Below the pieces are notes generated by a model. It was not told the origin of the DNA. It saw nothing but the letters and a program-made list of their open reading frames with translations, and did not search any database. Position numbers and translations under genes: made by a program. DNA of 64,000 bases from Octopus sinensis (lineage: Eukaryota): positions 132,556,001 through 132,620,000 of the forward strand of contig NC_042999.1 in NCBI RefSeq assembly GCF_006345805.1, read 5' to 3'. Shown here in pieces: positions 11,708-22,955 of the stretch. How positions within the stretch are numbered: the first letter of the stretch is position 1; each line of letters starts with the position of its first letter.

Positions 11708-13070
11708 TGTGTGAGTGTGTTTCTGTTTGTTGCGATTACTTTTTGTTGCAAATTGATGGTGAATCTACGAGATAGTGTTATAATAATATGGCCAAAATAT
11801 TGCTGGTGTCCTGAAGTTTACAACCGACAATTTTACAATAAAAAATGTAGATTAAATTGATCATTTCTTGATGCTTGTAGTGTGCAATTGATGCAGAGCA
11901 TTTTTGTTTTAATGTGCTTGCTGTATATCATTTGCATTACTCTATGTTCGGGTGTTATACATTTTCTGTTTTGTTTCATGAGGTTTTTGATTATGTAAAC
12001 GTCTCTTCGATAGTCATTATACATTTGATTCATATAATAAATTATTTGTGATTCGTGTGCTTTTATTGAGTGTAATCTTTGATGCAGTTGTTTTATTGTA
12101 TTAGTTAATAGTTCTGTCTGCTATTGTGTTAGAATCTCCGTTGTTAATTAAACGTTTGATTTTTCTGCTGATTAAGGCGGTGAGCTGGCACAATCGTTAG
12201 CACACCGGGCAAAGTGTTTAGTGTCATTTCGTCCGTCTGTACGTTCTGAGTTCAAATTCCGTGAAGTGGACTTCGCCTTTCATGCTTTCTGGGTCGATAA
12301 AATAAGTACCAGTTGAATACTGGGGTCGATGTAATCGACTGACCCTCTCCCCCAAATTTCAGGCCTTATGCCTATTGTAGAAAGGATTATTCTCCGAATT
12401 TCTTTCTCTAGTGTTTTGTTTGTGGATGAGAAGCTAAATTCTCTTCCAAGGAGTGATTTTACTATTGAGATCTTATAGTTGTGCGGGCATTCACCGTTTC
12501 CATATAAATATATGCATCTATTTTATTCTTTGGTGTATGCTGAGATCATATAGCTATTTTTTCAATCTGTATCTATATACCCAAAAGCGGGATCTCATTT
12601 GTATTATTCTGGATGCTAAATTGTAATACGGAATTGTTTTCTTTGTCTTCTTTTTGTTCCTAAACTTCCCTTATTGTATCCATTACCGCAAGTATGTCAT
12701 CTACCTATCTAGTGTGTATTACTCGTTTATAATTTGTAGTATTTTCATCAGTTGCGCAAGTATATGCAGCAACGTAGGCCCTAAGGAGAACCCATGGCTA
12801 TTCCCATCTGTGTATAATTTCCCTAGGAGCGAGCGGAAATTACTTCAGTTGTAGATTTTAAAGACGTTTACTGGTATCAGAGGGAGCTTTATTTTGGGGT
12901 TTTATGTATCTTCTCTATTATCGTTTATTTTCGTTTCTGCCTCTAGAAAGTGAACAACTTTAAATATATTTAAAACAGAAGAATCAAGGATTAACGTTTA
13001 GGTGGTTCTTTTGTCCTTTTCAAAGAGAATGTGGTTTTAGTGTACTCTTGTTGATGAAGTTTTAGGCCTA
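11440..13070 (-). mobile_element. Highly decayed Penelope-like element, interrupted by a (GT)n run and a SINE A copy
   Basis: The minus strand gives YTQMGIAMGSP, TR*VDDILAV, EIPLLGI, YKISIVKSLLGR and RLIKETIFI in the order expected for PLE RT then EN. Confidence 0.65.
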
Positions 13071-13109
13071 TGATTCAACCATAATGGAAAATCTATGACA
13101 AAAGTATTC

Positions 13110-13265
13110 AAGCCGTGAGCATCAATCAATTAATCAATCAATCAGTAATTCAGTCAGTCAATCAATCAACCAGTCAATCAATCAACCAGTCAATCAGTCA
13201 GTCAGTCAGTCAGTCAGTCAGTCGGTCAATCAATCAATCGATCAATCAGTCAATCAATTAAGCAA

Positions 13266-13349
<84 letters not shown>

Positions 13350-13350
13350 G
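13110..13350. repeat. Compound tetranucleotide microsatellite (TCAA/TCAG/TCTG/TCTA)
   Basis: Read directly from the sequence. Confidence 0.95.
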
Positions 13351-13706
13351 GTAAATTAGATACATATAGATTTATAGATATGGTTAAATATATAACAGTG
13401 ACACTGAAAACGCTTTCTTTGAAGCCGAGTGACTCGAGATTTAATCCCACGTATGGTCACGACGGATTACTTTCGTCATAGTTTTTACTTCCTTTAGGTT
13501 TGATCTAAGACTAAACCAAACAAGAATATGCTACAAAAACAGCAAAAGAATCTTCTATAATTTAGTCTTGGGCTCCTTCTGTCCTCCCAAACCTCTTTTT
13601 CTTTCTTTTTCCTTTCTTTCTTTCTTCTTTCTTTCTTTTCTTCTTTTCTTTTCTTTTCTTTCTTTTCTTTTTTCTTTCTTCTTTTTTTCTTTCTTCTTTC
13701 TTTCTT

Positions 13707-13806
13707 NNNNNNNNNNNNNNNNNNNNNNNNNNNNNNNNNNNNNNNNNNNNNNNNNNNNNNNNNNNNNNNNNNNNNNNNNNNNNNNNNNNNNNNNNNNNNN
13801 NNNNNN
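13707..13806. other. Assembly gap (100 N) between CT-rich and CA/GACA repeats
   Basis: Run of N. Confidence 1.
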
Positions 13807-14761
13807 CTCGCACACACAGACACACAGACACTTAGATACAGACAGACAGACAGACAGACACACACACACACACGCGCGCGCACACACACACACACTAGTT
13901 GACGTACCCGGTAGTTCACGGGAAAGCGGGGTTTATTCCTTGATGCCGTTCACATAACCTTTTCGCTAATCCAATAACAACAATACAAAGTATGTAGTCC
14001 TTAAAACGGTTTTTGTGCATTTACAGAGAATACCTAACTCTCTTACACACGATCTTGTTTTTAGGAATTCCCAATCAGTTATGAATACCCAAATTGTGAA
14101 GTCAGTTATTTAATAACATGAAATTAGTTACCCGATAGTAAGAATTCAAATAAAGTAGCCCTGAAAAAGGCTTTAATGCATTTCCAGAGTATATAGAACT
14201 TAGGAAGAAATACTAATAAGGTATGTATACTAAAATCGTGAAGCATGTTACGTAATAACAAGCTAATCAGATATGAGATAATAACAATTCAAAGTAAATA
14301 AGTCTGAAAAGAGCTTTTGTCAAATCTCAGAGAATGTCGGCAATAGAAGCAGCATCATCATCAGTAGTAGTAGTAATAGTAGTAAAAGTAGCAGCAGCAT
14401 TATTATTATTAGTAGTAGTAGTAACGAAATTTTCCGTAGAAACTCTGTAGTGGAAGATGAGCGCTCTATATTGTCAATAGAGCCGAATATTATTAATATA
14501 GTCTAACGCTCAGTTAGGGATACATTAAGTGTCGAAATCCATATTTGTAGGCAATTATATAATGCTTACGTTTGAGAGAGCCGTAGGCATTAAATAAATC
14601 TCTACAGATATGAATTTCGAAAACTGACGTACCCCTAACTATGCCGGTTCTCTATAATTGGTGTTGTGTGCCGCAGGAATGCGGAAAAAATAGACATATA
14701 CAATCCTCTTAAATACGAGATATAGCTCGAGTGTGGAAAATGAAAAAAGTGAAGATAGTGC

Positions 14762-14947
14762 TAATTATCGTCGGGGCATTGGGGACAGTATTAGAAGGTA
14801 CTGAGTGGAGTATAAAGGAGATGGGAATAGAGTGTCCAGAAGAGCTGTTGCACAAAGCTTGCCTCCTTGGTATGGGCAAAATCATCAGGAAGCTATTAAA
14901 TTGTTGAAGGGAACAGATAGCAAGTCTCCAGCACTTCCAACAAAACC

Positions 14948-15012
<65 letters not shown>

Positions 15013-15027
15013 TAATAATAATAATAA
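14762..15027 (+). mobile_element. R4/Dong-like LINE 3' end followed by (TAA)n
   Basis: IIVGALGTV..IKEMGIECPEELLHKACLLGMGKIIRKLLNC* matches the C-terminal end of the RLE domain; (AAT)n runs from about 14951 to 15027. Confidence 0.75.
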
Positions 15028-15585
15028 ATGCCCTGATGCAGTACCAGACAGTGGCTCTCATGGCTTCTGATCTTAACTGATTGGAAGTGTTATCATGTAC
15101 ATTGTTTTGTCTTGGTATAAAAGATGGGCTACAGCAAATATTCTGCTGAATACCACAGATTTGCTTGTCAGTTGTTTGACCGTAACCAGTTGACCATGTC
15201 CCTTAGTGGCTGACGATGTGTGCAGCTCTGATCACGAGCAGATGTAGTGGGAGAGCATCATAGCCGTGTGTTGAAAAGAATTCTTTGAGGTTTGGATAAT
15301 TCACCTTTGGAATTATGGGTGATTCGTTCAACATCCTTAAACAATCCTTATTCAGGGACCTTTTGAGCGAGATGGGCTACTCGACCAGAAGAAAATTCTA
15401 ACTGGGCCCCACCTGCAAGGTCATGTGCTGTTTATCTTGATATGAGATCACCATGTCGCGCACATATGGTTGTGATGTATGTGCCTGGTGCATCCTTATC
15501 AGACGAGTAGTTATGATGGGTATATTTGGCCTTGCATATTCTACCCCAGTGTCACTTTGATGGCATGCACTGCTCTCTCGCTCAA
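15027..15585. repeat. Unclassified ~560-bp complex segment bounded by (AAT)n on both sides, probably an interspersed element
   Basis: Sharp boundaries at two (TAA)n tracts; no recognisable ORF. Confidence 0.4.
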
Positions 15586-15587
15586 TG

Positions 15588-15654
<67 letters not shown>

Positions 15655-15849
15655 TTCATTTATTTTCCACAAGAGCGAAAGATGAGGGGGACCCTAAAAA
15701 TCAGACATAAAGTGTGGGACTTACATATAATAAGTTAAAAAAAAAAAAAAAAAGGGGTAAGTGTACACGGTATACAAGGAAAATATACATATTATACAAA
15801 TGTTACCAAACAAAGTGCGGAATGACATAGATATAGTCCTCCAGATACA

Positions 15850-16444
15850 GGTTAACCTCTAGGGATAATCGAGGAACAAGACGGAGAACAAAGATTGATG
15901 AACTGGAAAATGAAAATGATGCATGGTCAAAACTTCAGAGAAATGGAAGGGGAAACAAGACCAACACCTGGAAGTGGATAAAGAAAAGTGATCTGAAAGG
16001 ATGAGGCATTGGTATGCAGCGCTTAGAAACAATCTCTGAGAACTAATTACACCGAGTTCCAAATACATAAGTGTAGTGAATCGCCCCTTTGTAGGATGTG
16101 TGGCAGCAAAAATCGAAACGGTCTCATATTGTGAGTGAGTGTATCAAATTGGCTCTGAAAGAATACAAAACGAGGAATGATAATGTAGCTAAGTATGTTC
16201 ATTGGAGATTGTGTGAGAAGTACAGCTTTGAAAGGACATTGAGATGGTATGAGCATAAAGCAGGTGCCACTGAGAATAACGAGTGTAAGACCTGGCAGAT
16301 TTTACTATCCAATGTGATTCAGAGATTGATGCCGGAGACCAGACATTGTTGTAGTAGACAGGATGATGCAGGAACCAAGATCACAGATATGGGCATACCT
16401 GGGGATGTACGAGTGAATTTCAAAGAACTGGAAAATTGAAAAGT

Positions 16445-16446
<2 letters not shown>
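15850..16446 (+). mobile_element. R4/Dong-like LINE fragment (CCHC zinc knuckle plus restriction-like endonuclease)
   Basis: MHGQ, TWKW, LRTNY, PLCRMCG, SHIVSECIKLALKEYKTRNDNVAKYVHWRLC, RPDIVVVD, DMGIPGDVRV..KELE, IEKY. Confidence 0.9.
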
Positions 16447-16486
<40 letters not shown>

Positions 16487-17308
16487 ATATATATATTGTG
16501 TGTGTGTGTGGTGTTGTGTGTGTGTGTGTGTGTGTGTGTGGTGTGTATGTTGTGGTGGTGTGTGCATGCGCGCGTGTGTGTGTGTGTAAAGATAACGGAA
16601 TTCTTCCAATTTCTGTCTGGCAAATCCACTCAGCAACCCTTGGTAACCCCAGGGCTACAGTAGAAGATACTTGCCCAAGGTGCCACACAGAAGGACTGAA
16701 CTCGGAACCAGATGGAAAGCTACCTACCACACAGTTACACCTGCGCCTATAAGAAGTCTTTTGAACCTTCTTCAAATATGATTTGAACAAAATATTTTGA
16801 AAATCCCGCCACCCCATTAAGCAAGAAAAGAAATCATTGTATTCTTATATTCTACCTATCCTTGTAGTTTATCTACATTAAACCTTGATTTCGCTACGGA
16901 CAGCTCTTTCACAGAAATATATATTGCTCTATAACACCAGCTAATATAGTAATAAAACAGACATTTGGCTCATAGCCAGTTACTCAAGCGATAGCTGAGT
17001 AGTTTCCTCAGCCTTTCTCCCTTCAGCTGTGATATATTCCTCACGATCAGTGGTGAAAAGGGTGAGATGTTGTTTATGCCTACTCGCGACTTCATGCGGA
17101 CCTAAAATATTTAGCGAAAGCACGGTACAGGTTAACAAGCCATACTGGTTGATAATTGTGGCTGGTTGTAGATTTTGATGTATTTAACAGTTAAATAATA
17201 GTTTAGGATGAAAAATAAATGTGGATTTGAGATTGTGAACTATTTCCTTTCTTCTTTTAACTTCGTAGAATGTTGAATTGAGCTTAGTTAATTTGTTTCT
17301 CGAGTTAT

Positions 17309-17355
17309 GCCATGCTGAAGATTCCAGAGGAGGAAGAAATAGCGCTGTGCACGGC
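17309..17355 (+). ncRNA. Degenerate minimal hammerhead motif
   Basis: GCCATG-CTGAAGA-TTCC..GGAA-GAAA-TAGCGCTG-TG-CACGGC. Position 17 is G, so it is probably inactive. Confidence 0.45.
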
Positions 17356-17400
17356 TACCGACTAAAACAAGTTATGAACTTTACTTTGTGTAAGCGGCAA

Positions 17401-17460
<60 letters not shown>

Positions 17461-18945
17461 TAAATACAGTTGTTCTTTAATTTAATCTACAAGTGTTTCT
17501 CTCCCTTAGTTGTAAATTCAATTGAGGCAAAGCATGTATTAAAAAAGATAACTAGAAAACAAAAGGTATGTAGTGAGAAAAACAGGGTATTCATCATTGA
17601 CTTATTTTATTTTGAGCTTTTCGGTAAGGATGGTAGCTATCTCTGGCATGACCAAACTTTAACAGACCTCTCTATCAAAGAATAAATTTTCTATATTAAC
17701 AAAGTGGTGATGAGAGAATCACGGACGAAATGTACAGTAATGAACTCTGTTTGATGTAAAAATGCAAAGATATTCATAAAATAAGTTATCTTTAGATGCT
17801 ATCCGCATGTTGCCAATTATTTGTTGGTATTATTGCTGATTTCATACAATTGTAGTCAAGTCAAAATTTATCGAGCTACTTTAAATTAGCCAATCAACTT
17901 TGATTGGAGAGAATATATTGAAACACGGCTTATTGATATCAGAACTTGGGTAGAAACCGCAAATCGCTGCCAAAAAAGAAAACAAAAAAAAAAAAACAAG
18001 AAAATCCTCAACATTAATAAGAACATGATCTATATTACACCAAATAGGTAAGATAAGAATACATCAAAGCGATGGCTTTTCTTCTGTTATTGAAAAGGAC
18101 ATTGAAGACTTAATTTTTAATATTATAAATCATGCGATCGTAAATACAAAGTTCGCAAATACATCGTAAATACAAAGAATAGTTCAATTTTCTTTTTATT
18201 GGAGTGACGATAAATAATTTATTTGCAAAGAAACTTCACTTCAAATAATGTCAAAGCATTTAAGAAAAAATATTATTTATAATCAGAGAAGGATGGAGGG
18301 ACTGTGCTCATGATCTTTGTCAGAAACTCCTGGAGCGGTCACATTGATGCGGCTGATGTTCAGTTTTGAACTTCTATTAATTGATGCATGCAAGAAGTTC
18401 CAGAGCGTAAGTTGTTCTGAATAACTGCATCTTAGGCCAGATTTTTTGTGTGAAAGTATTAAAACACAATTGGAATAATTGGATGAGAAGAGGTGAATTC
18501 ATCAAGGCCTTGAGAGAAAGTGGCGCTAGGTTAGAGAAACAGAAGCTTTTACAGTAATTATAAAAGGGGAAAAAAAGAGCCAGACAGAAGATACAGAACG
18601 TTTGTGAGAATACGCTTGCAGGTTGTCTGTGAGTGATTATTTGTCATTCAGTGTAATAACCTTATGCTGTATGTGATTTTGGTTGTTATATCGGTAATCT
18701 CTCAGGTATTTGAACAGTTATCTAAAGTGAACTTTGTAGGGAGTCAGCAGCAGATTATCACCGAAAGATTTTCTAGCTTTGAAGAGAAATCCGAATTAGC
18801 TTGTTAAAACATAAGTATTAGCGAAAATAGTGGGGATTAATATTACCTCTGGGAATTAATACTGCCTCTGTTGCTGATACACACACACACACACACGCAC
18901 GCACACACACACACACACACGCACACACACGCACACACACACACG

Positions 18946-18991
<46 letters not shown>

Positions 18992-18992
<1 letters not shown>

Positions 18993-19272
18993 GTAAATGT
19001 AATATGTGACAATTATTCGGTAGCCATGATAAAACTCCGAGTTTCGGATGCCAGTTAACTGGCCATCGGAAAAATTCGATGGCCGGCTAACTGAAGGGAT
19101 GGCGGCCGGATAACTGAAGAGACGGAGGCGTGGATTTCCACCTCCGCATCCGAAACTCAGAGTTTTATCATGGCTACCGAATAACTGTCACATATTACAT
19201 TTACAGATAAATTCCTCTATTTACATAATATCGAGGTCTCTTTCATTCTTTTGTTGTCATACCATTTTTATC
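18992..19272 (+). mobile_element. Foldback element with 60-bp inverted arms (18992-19051 and 19146-19205) carrying a hammerhead
   Basis: The arms differ at about 2 positions; the element is flanked by (CA)n and (TA)n. Confidence 0.8.
19109..19169 (+). ncRNA. Type I hammerhead ribozyme motif with an intact core
   Basis: GATAA-CTGAAGA-stem II (CGGAGG/CCTCCG)-GAAA-CTCAGAG-TT-TTATC. Stem I is 5 bp and perfect; the cleavage triplet is GUU. Confidence 0.7.
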
Positions 19273-19281
19273 AATATATAT

Positions 19282-19366
<85 letters not shown>

Positions 19367-19454
19367 AGAGTTTACGAAAAAACAAAAGACGAAGACAAGG
19401 TGGTATACAAAACAAACAGATGCATAAGTATAACGCTCAGGAATAGAAAAAGTC

Positions 19455-19488
19455 TTTTACTTTTCGAGCCTATGCTCTTCTACAGAAA
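19455..19488 (-). ncRNA. Degenerate minimal hammerhead in a ~180-bp module (19365-19545)
   Basis: TTT-CTGTAGA-A-GAGC-ATAG-GCTC-GAAA-AGTA-AAA, with two changes from the canonical motif. Confidence 0.55.
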
Positions 19489-19549
19489 GGGTCACAGAAA
19501 AAACAAGGAGAGAAAAAATATGTGTAGTGGCTAACGATCTTTCATGGAG

Positions 19550-20060
19550 TAACAATTCTGTTGTGTCTGGGGAGAGTCATTTTGTTTTTGTGCCTCCAAA
19601 AACGAAATATATATTTACAAGCTAATTGGCTAATCGCGACTCTAGCACCTGTTCTGGCACTATCAATCAATATATCGCTAGCAGGGAGATATATAGCTAC
19701 TGCTTCTAGCGGTCGAGTGTCCATCTTTGATAAGACCAAAGCTAGATCGAAATCGTGCTCTGGAGGTCTCGGCGTTGGAAGTAGTGGGTTTTTTTTCTCC
19801 CCGATAGCGAAATAAAGAAGAGTACATTTTGCACCCAAAATGCCGATGTAAGAGTTTCTCTCATGACAACTACCGCGGTAAAGTTCGTTCTAATGGAACA
19901 TTCACATTTAAATGAGGATAAAGCTAATTCATATATCAGAGGTGAAGAGAGTTTAATTGTTACTTCTTTCGATGGGTTTATAATAACCGCTTCAAATAAC
20001 ATGCTTTCAGGTAGACAGGATAAAGCAGCAGTTCGTAAACATTTCCGTAGTCTGTGGTGA
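19550..20060 (-). mobile_element. Probable DIRS-type tyrosine recombinase relic
   Basis: Across one frameshift at a homopolymer: RETLTSAF..PTPRPPEHDFDLALVLSKMDTRPLE..ARTGARV, resembling the P..WDL..VL..L...PFE and first catalytic-Arg (T/SGARVSE) motifs. Confidence 0.5.
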
Positions 20061-20513
20061 GTGACATGTAGTGTACCGCACACATTACATTCTTTCACAC
20101 TTGCCTACCCTCCATCATCCGCCTACAGTTCTTACTTCCATCCACGCATGGTATGTCGGACCTAAACATTCACACACATTTAGAGATGCGTGCGCATACA
20201 CAGACACGTATATACACAGACACACATTTATAGATTCACCTAAAGACGCATAGCGATGCGTACACTCAAGCACATATTCCTTCCTTACTGTGCGATAACC
20301 AAATGTCTTAAGTTGATTCGACTCTTCTACCCTGCGCATGCACTACCTACCGTCGCATGTGAGAGTATACGCTCGTCTGTATTAACATAAATATGGTAGA
20401 TTGTTCAAATATTTGGGTAAGCGATACGCTAAATGTCACTCATTACGATTTAAGGAAACTTTTTTCTGTCTACCTAAGGACAGGTTATGTGAAGCTAATA
20501 TTATAAATCTGTG

Positions 20514-20912
20514 AAGGGCGGCGAGCTGACAGAAACGTTAGCGGTATTTCGTCTGCCGTTACGTTCTGAGTTCAAATTCCGCCGAGGTCAACTTTGCCTT
20601 TCATCCTTTCGGGGTCGCTTAAAACAGTAGCAGTTACGTACTGGGGTCGATATAATCGACTTAATCCGTTTGTCTGTCCTTGTTTGTCCCCTCTGTGTCT
20701 AGCCCCTTGTGGGTAATAAAGAAATAGGTATTTCGTCTGCCGTTACGTTCTAAGTTCAAATTCCGCCGAGGTTGACTTTGTCTTTCATCAGTTCGGGGTT
20801 GATAAATTAAGTACCAGTTACGTACTGGGGTCAATGTAATCGACTTAATCCGTTTGTCTGTCCTTGTTTGTCCCCTCTATGTTTAGCCCCTTGTGTGCAA
20901 TAAAGAGATAAG
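20514..20912 (+). mobile_element. SINE family A long-tail form, as a dimer of a 184-bp unit
   Basis: Unit starts at 20543 and 20727. Confidence 0.85.
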
Positions 20913-21487
20913 AATCGTTAACAAGCCGGAGAAAGTGCTTAGCGACATTTCGTCCGTCTTTACGTTCTGAGTTCAAATTCCGTCGAGGTCGACTTTGTCT
21001 TTTATCCTTTCGGTGTCGATTAAATAAGTACCAGTTGGACACTGGGGTCAATGAAAGCGACTTATTCCCTCTCTCGAAATTGCTGGCCTTGTGCCAAAAT
21101 TAGTAACCAGTATTATAAATCTATCAAATGAAGTGACTACTAACTCTCTTCACCTTAGATATATGATAGTGGCTGTTCGTATTCTAGTTGATATTCTTGC
21201 CTTTATTATTGTCATTGTTAGGGTGGTGAGCTGGCAGAATCGTTAACACACCGGGCAAAATGCTTAGCAGCATTTCGTCCGTCTTCACATCCTGAGTTTA
21301 AATTTCACCGAGGTTTACTTTGCCTTCCATCCACTCAGGATCGCTGAAATAAGTACCAGTTAAGTGCTGGGGTCGAGAGAATCGCCTTACACCTCCCTCA
21401 AATTTCAGGCCTTGAGCCTATAGTAGAAAGGATTATTATTGTTTCTCTCCCTCTCTCTCCCTCTGTCTGTCTGTCTGTCTGTCTGTC

Positions 21488-21590
<103 letters not shown>

Positions 21591-22831
21591 GTGTACAAAC
21601 ATACATTTATATATGATATGACATGATAAAAAGATAATGTTTGATCACTCGCATTCGTAGAAGTCACTAACTTAAGGAAACTCACCTATGCCTCCGCAAA
21701 AGTTTAAAGTCTATAAGGCTTACACAGCACCTCATAGACCCTTTTTACCCTCTTTGTATAATCCATATATAAATAAAAATATATAATATTCGATACACGT
21801 ATATATGAAGTTGAAATAATCTTGAAGGTGCAAAACAATTTAGCTTCTAATCATTAAATATTTACGTTAAGCCCAACGTTTTATTTTGAAAGTGTTGCTT
21901 TAAAGTGTATTCATTACTTTTAAATTTTAGATGTTTTTCTTACTTTTATTATTTTGAAATTTTTATATTTCCTTTTTTTTTTTGTTTTTGCTTTGGTTCC
22001 ATATTCGATAATTTGCTGTTCCTAGCATCGTTCTCCTCAGCTGCAATCAATGGCTTACAGATTACTGATTCAGTTCATGTGCAAACAAATTTAACTAGCT
22101 GTTAATTTGTTCAGATTTGTCAAGAAAGTGATTGAGTCTCATGAATAAATCACTAAGTGTGAATTAATTCAAAAATAAACTAAAGAAAAAAAATTAACAG
22201 CCAAGCAACAACAAGAATAACAACGGTAAAAAAAATGAAAAAAAAACAAAGCAAAAAAGCCCCCAGCTTCGGCAAAACACCATCAACACAATAATAACGA
22301 CAAAGCAACTGTAGAAATAATGATAACGAAAATAAGAACAATAAAAAGAACATCAACAAAGATAACAACACAACTACTAACGCCAAAGATAACAAAAAGA
22401 GGAAACAAGAACATGAACAGCAAAATGACGAAGGCTGAAAGAAAAACAGATAAAGGAAAATATTTGATTGAAGCAGACGACACGGTGGAGTGGTGGGAGG
22501 AGGTTAAAGTGGAGGGAGGGAAGCAACAAAATGGTTGAAATAAAATAATGAGCAACGGAAATTGGAACAACGATTATAGTATCGACAACAACAGCAGCAA
22601 CTTCGTAAAGATAAGAGAGTACGAGTTGGAGTAGACAGTAAGAGCGAAGGAGGCAGTAGTAGTATCGAGGATGACGATGATGGTGGTGGTGATAATGGGG
22701 ATAATGACAACGACGACGAAGGTGTTCAAGGGTACAGAATTCACTCATTTTGGCGCAGAGTATGATCACTGAAATAGACTCCAAAATTTGGACAGTACAT
22801 ATTTCATCGATCCTTCAAAGGTAATATTTGG

Positions 22832-22885
<54 letters not shown>

Positions 22886-22911
22886 GCTTCTGCTTCTGCT
22901 GCTGCTGCTGT

Positions 22912-22954
<43 letters not shown>

Positions 22955-22955
<1 letters not shown>

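Noticed and set aside
18286-18413. Candidate exon ending at a GTAAGT donor
   Set aside because: All three frames from the likely acceptor contain stops, and the alternative acceptors are weak.
19561-20060. WD40-like, cadherin-like or trypsin-like readings of this region
   Set aside because: Each rests on a single short motif. The minus-strand tyrosine-recombinase reading explains more motifs in the right order.
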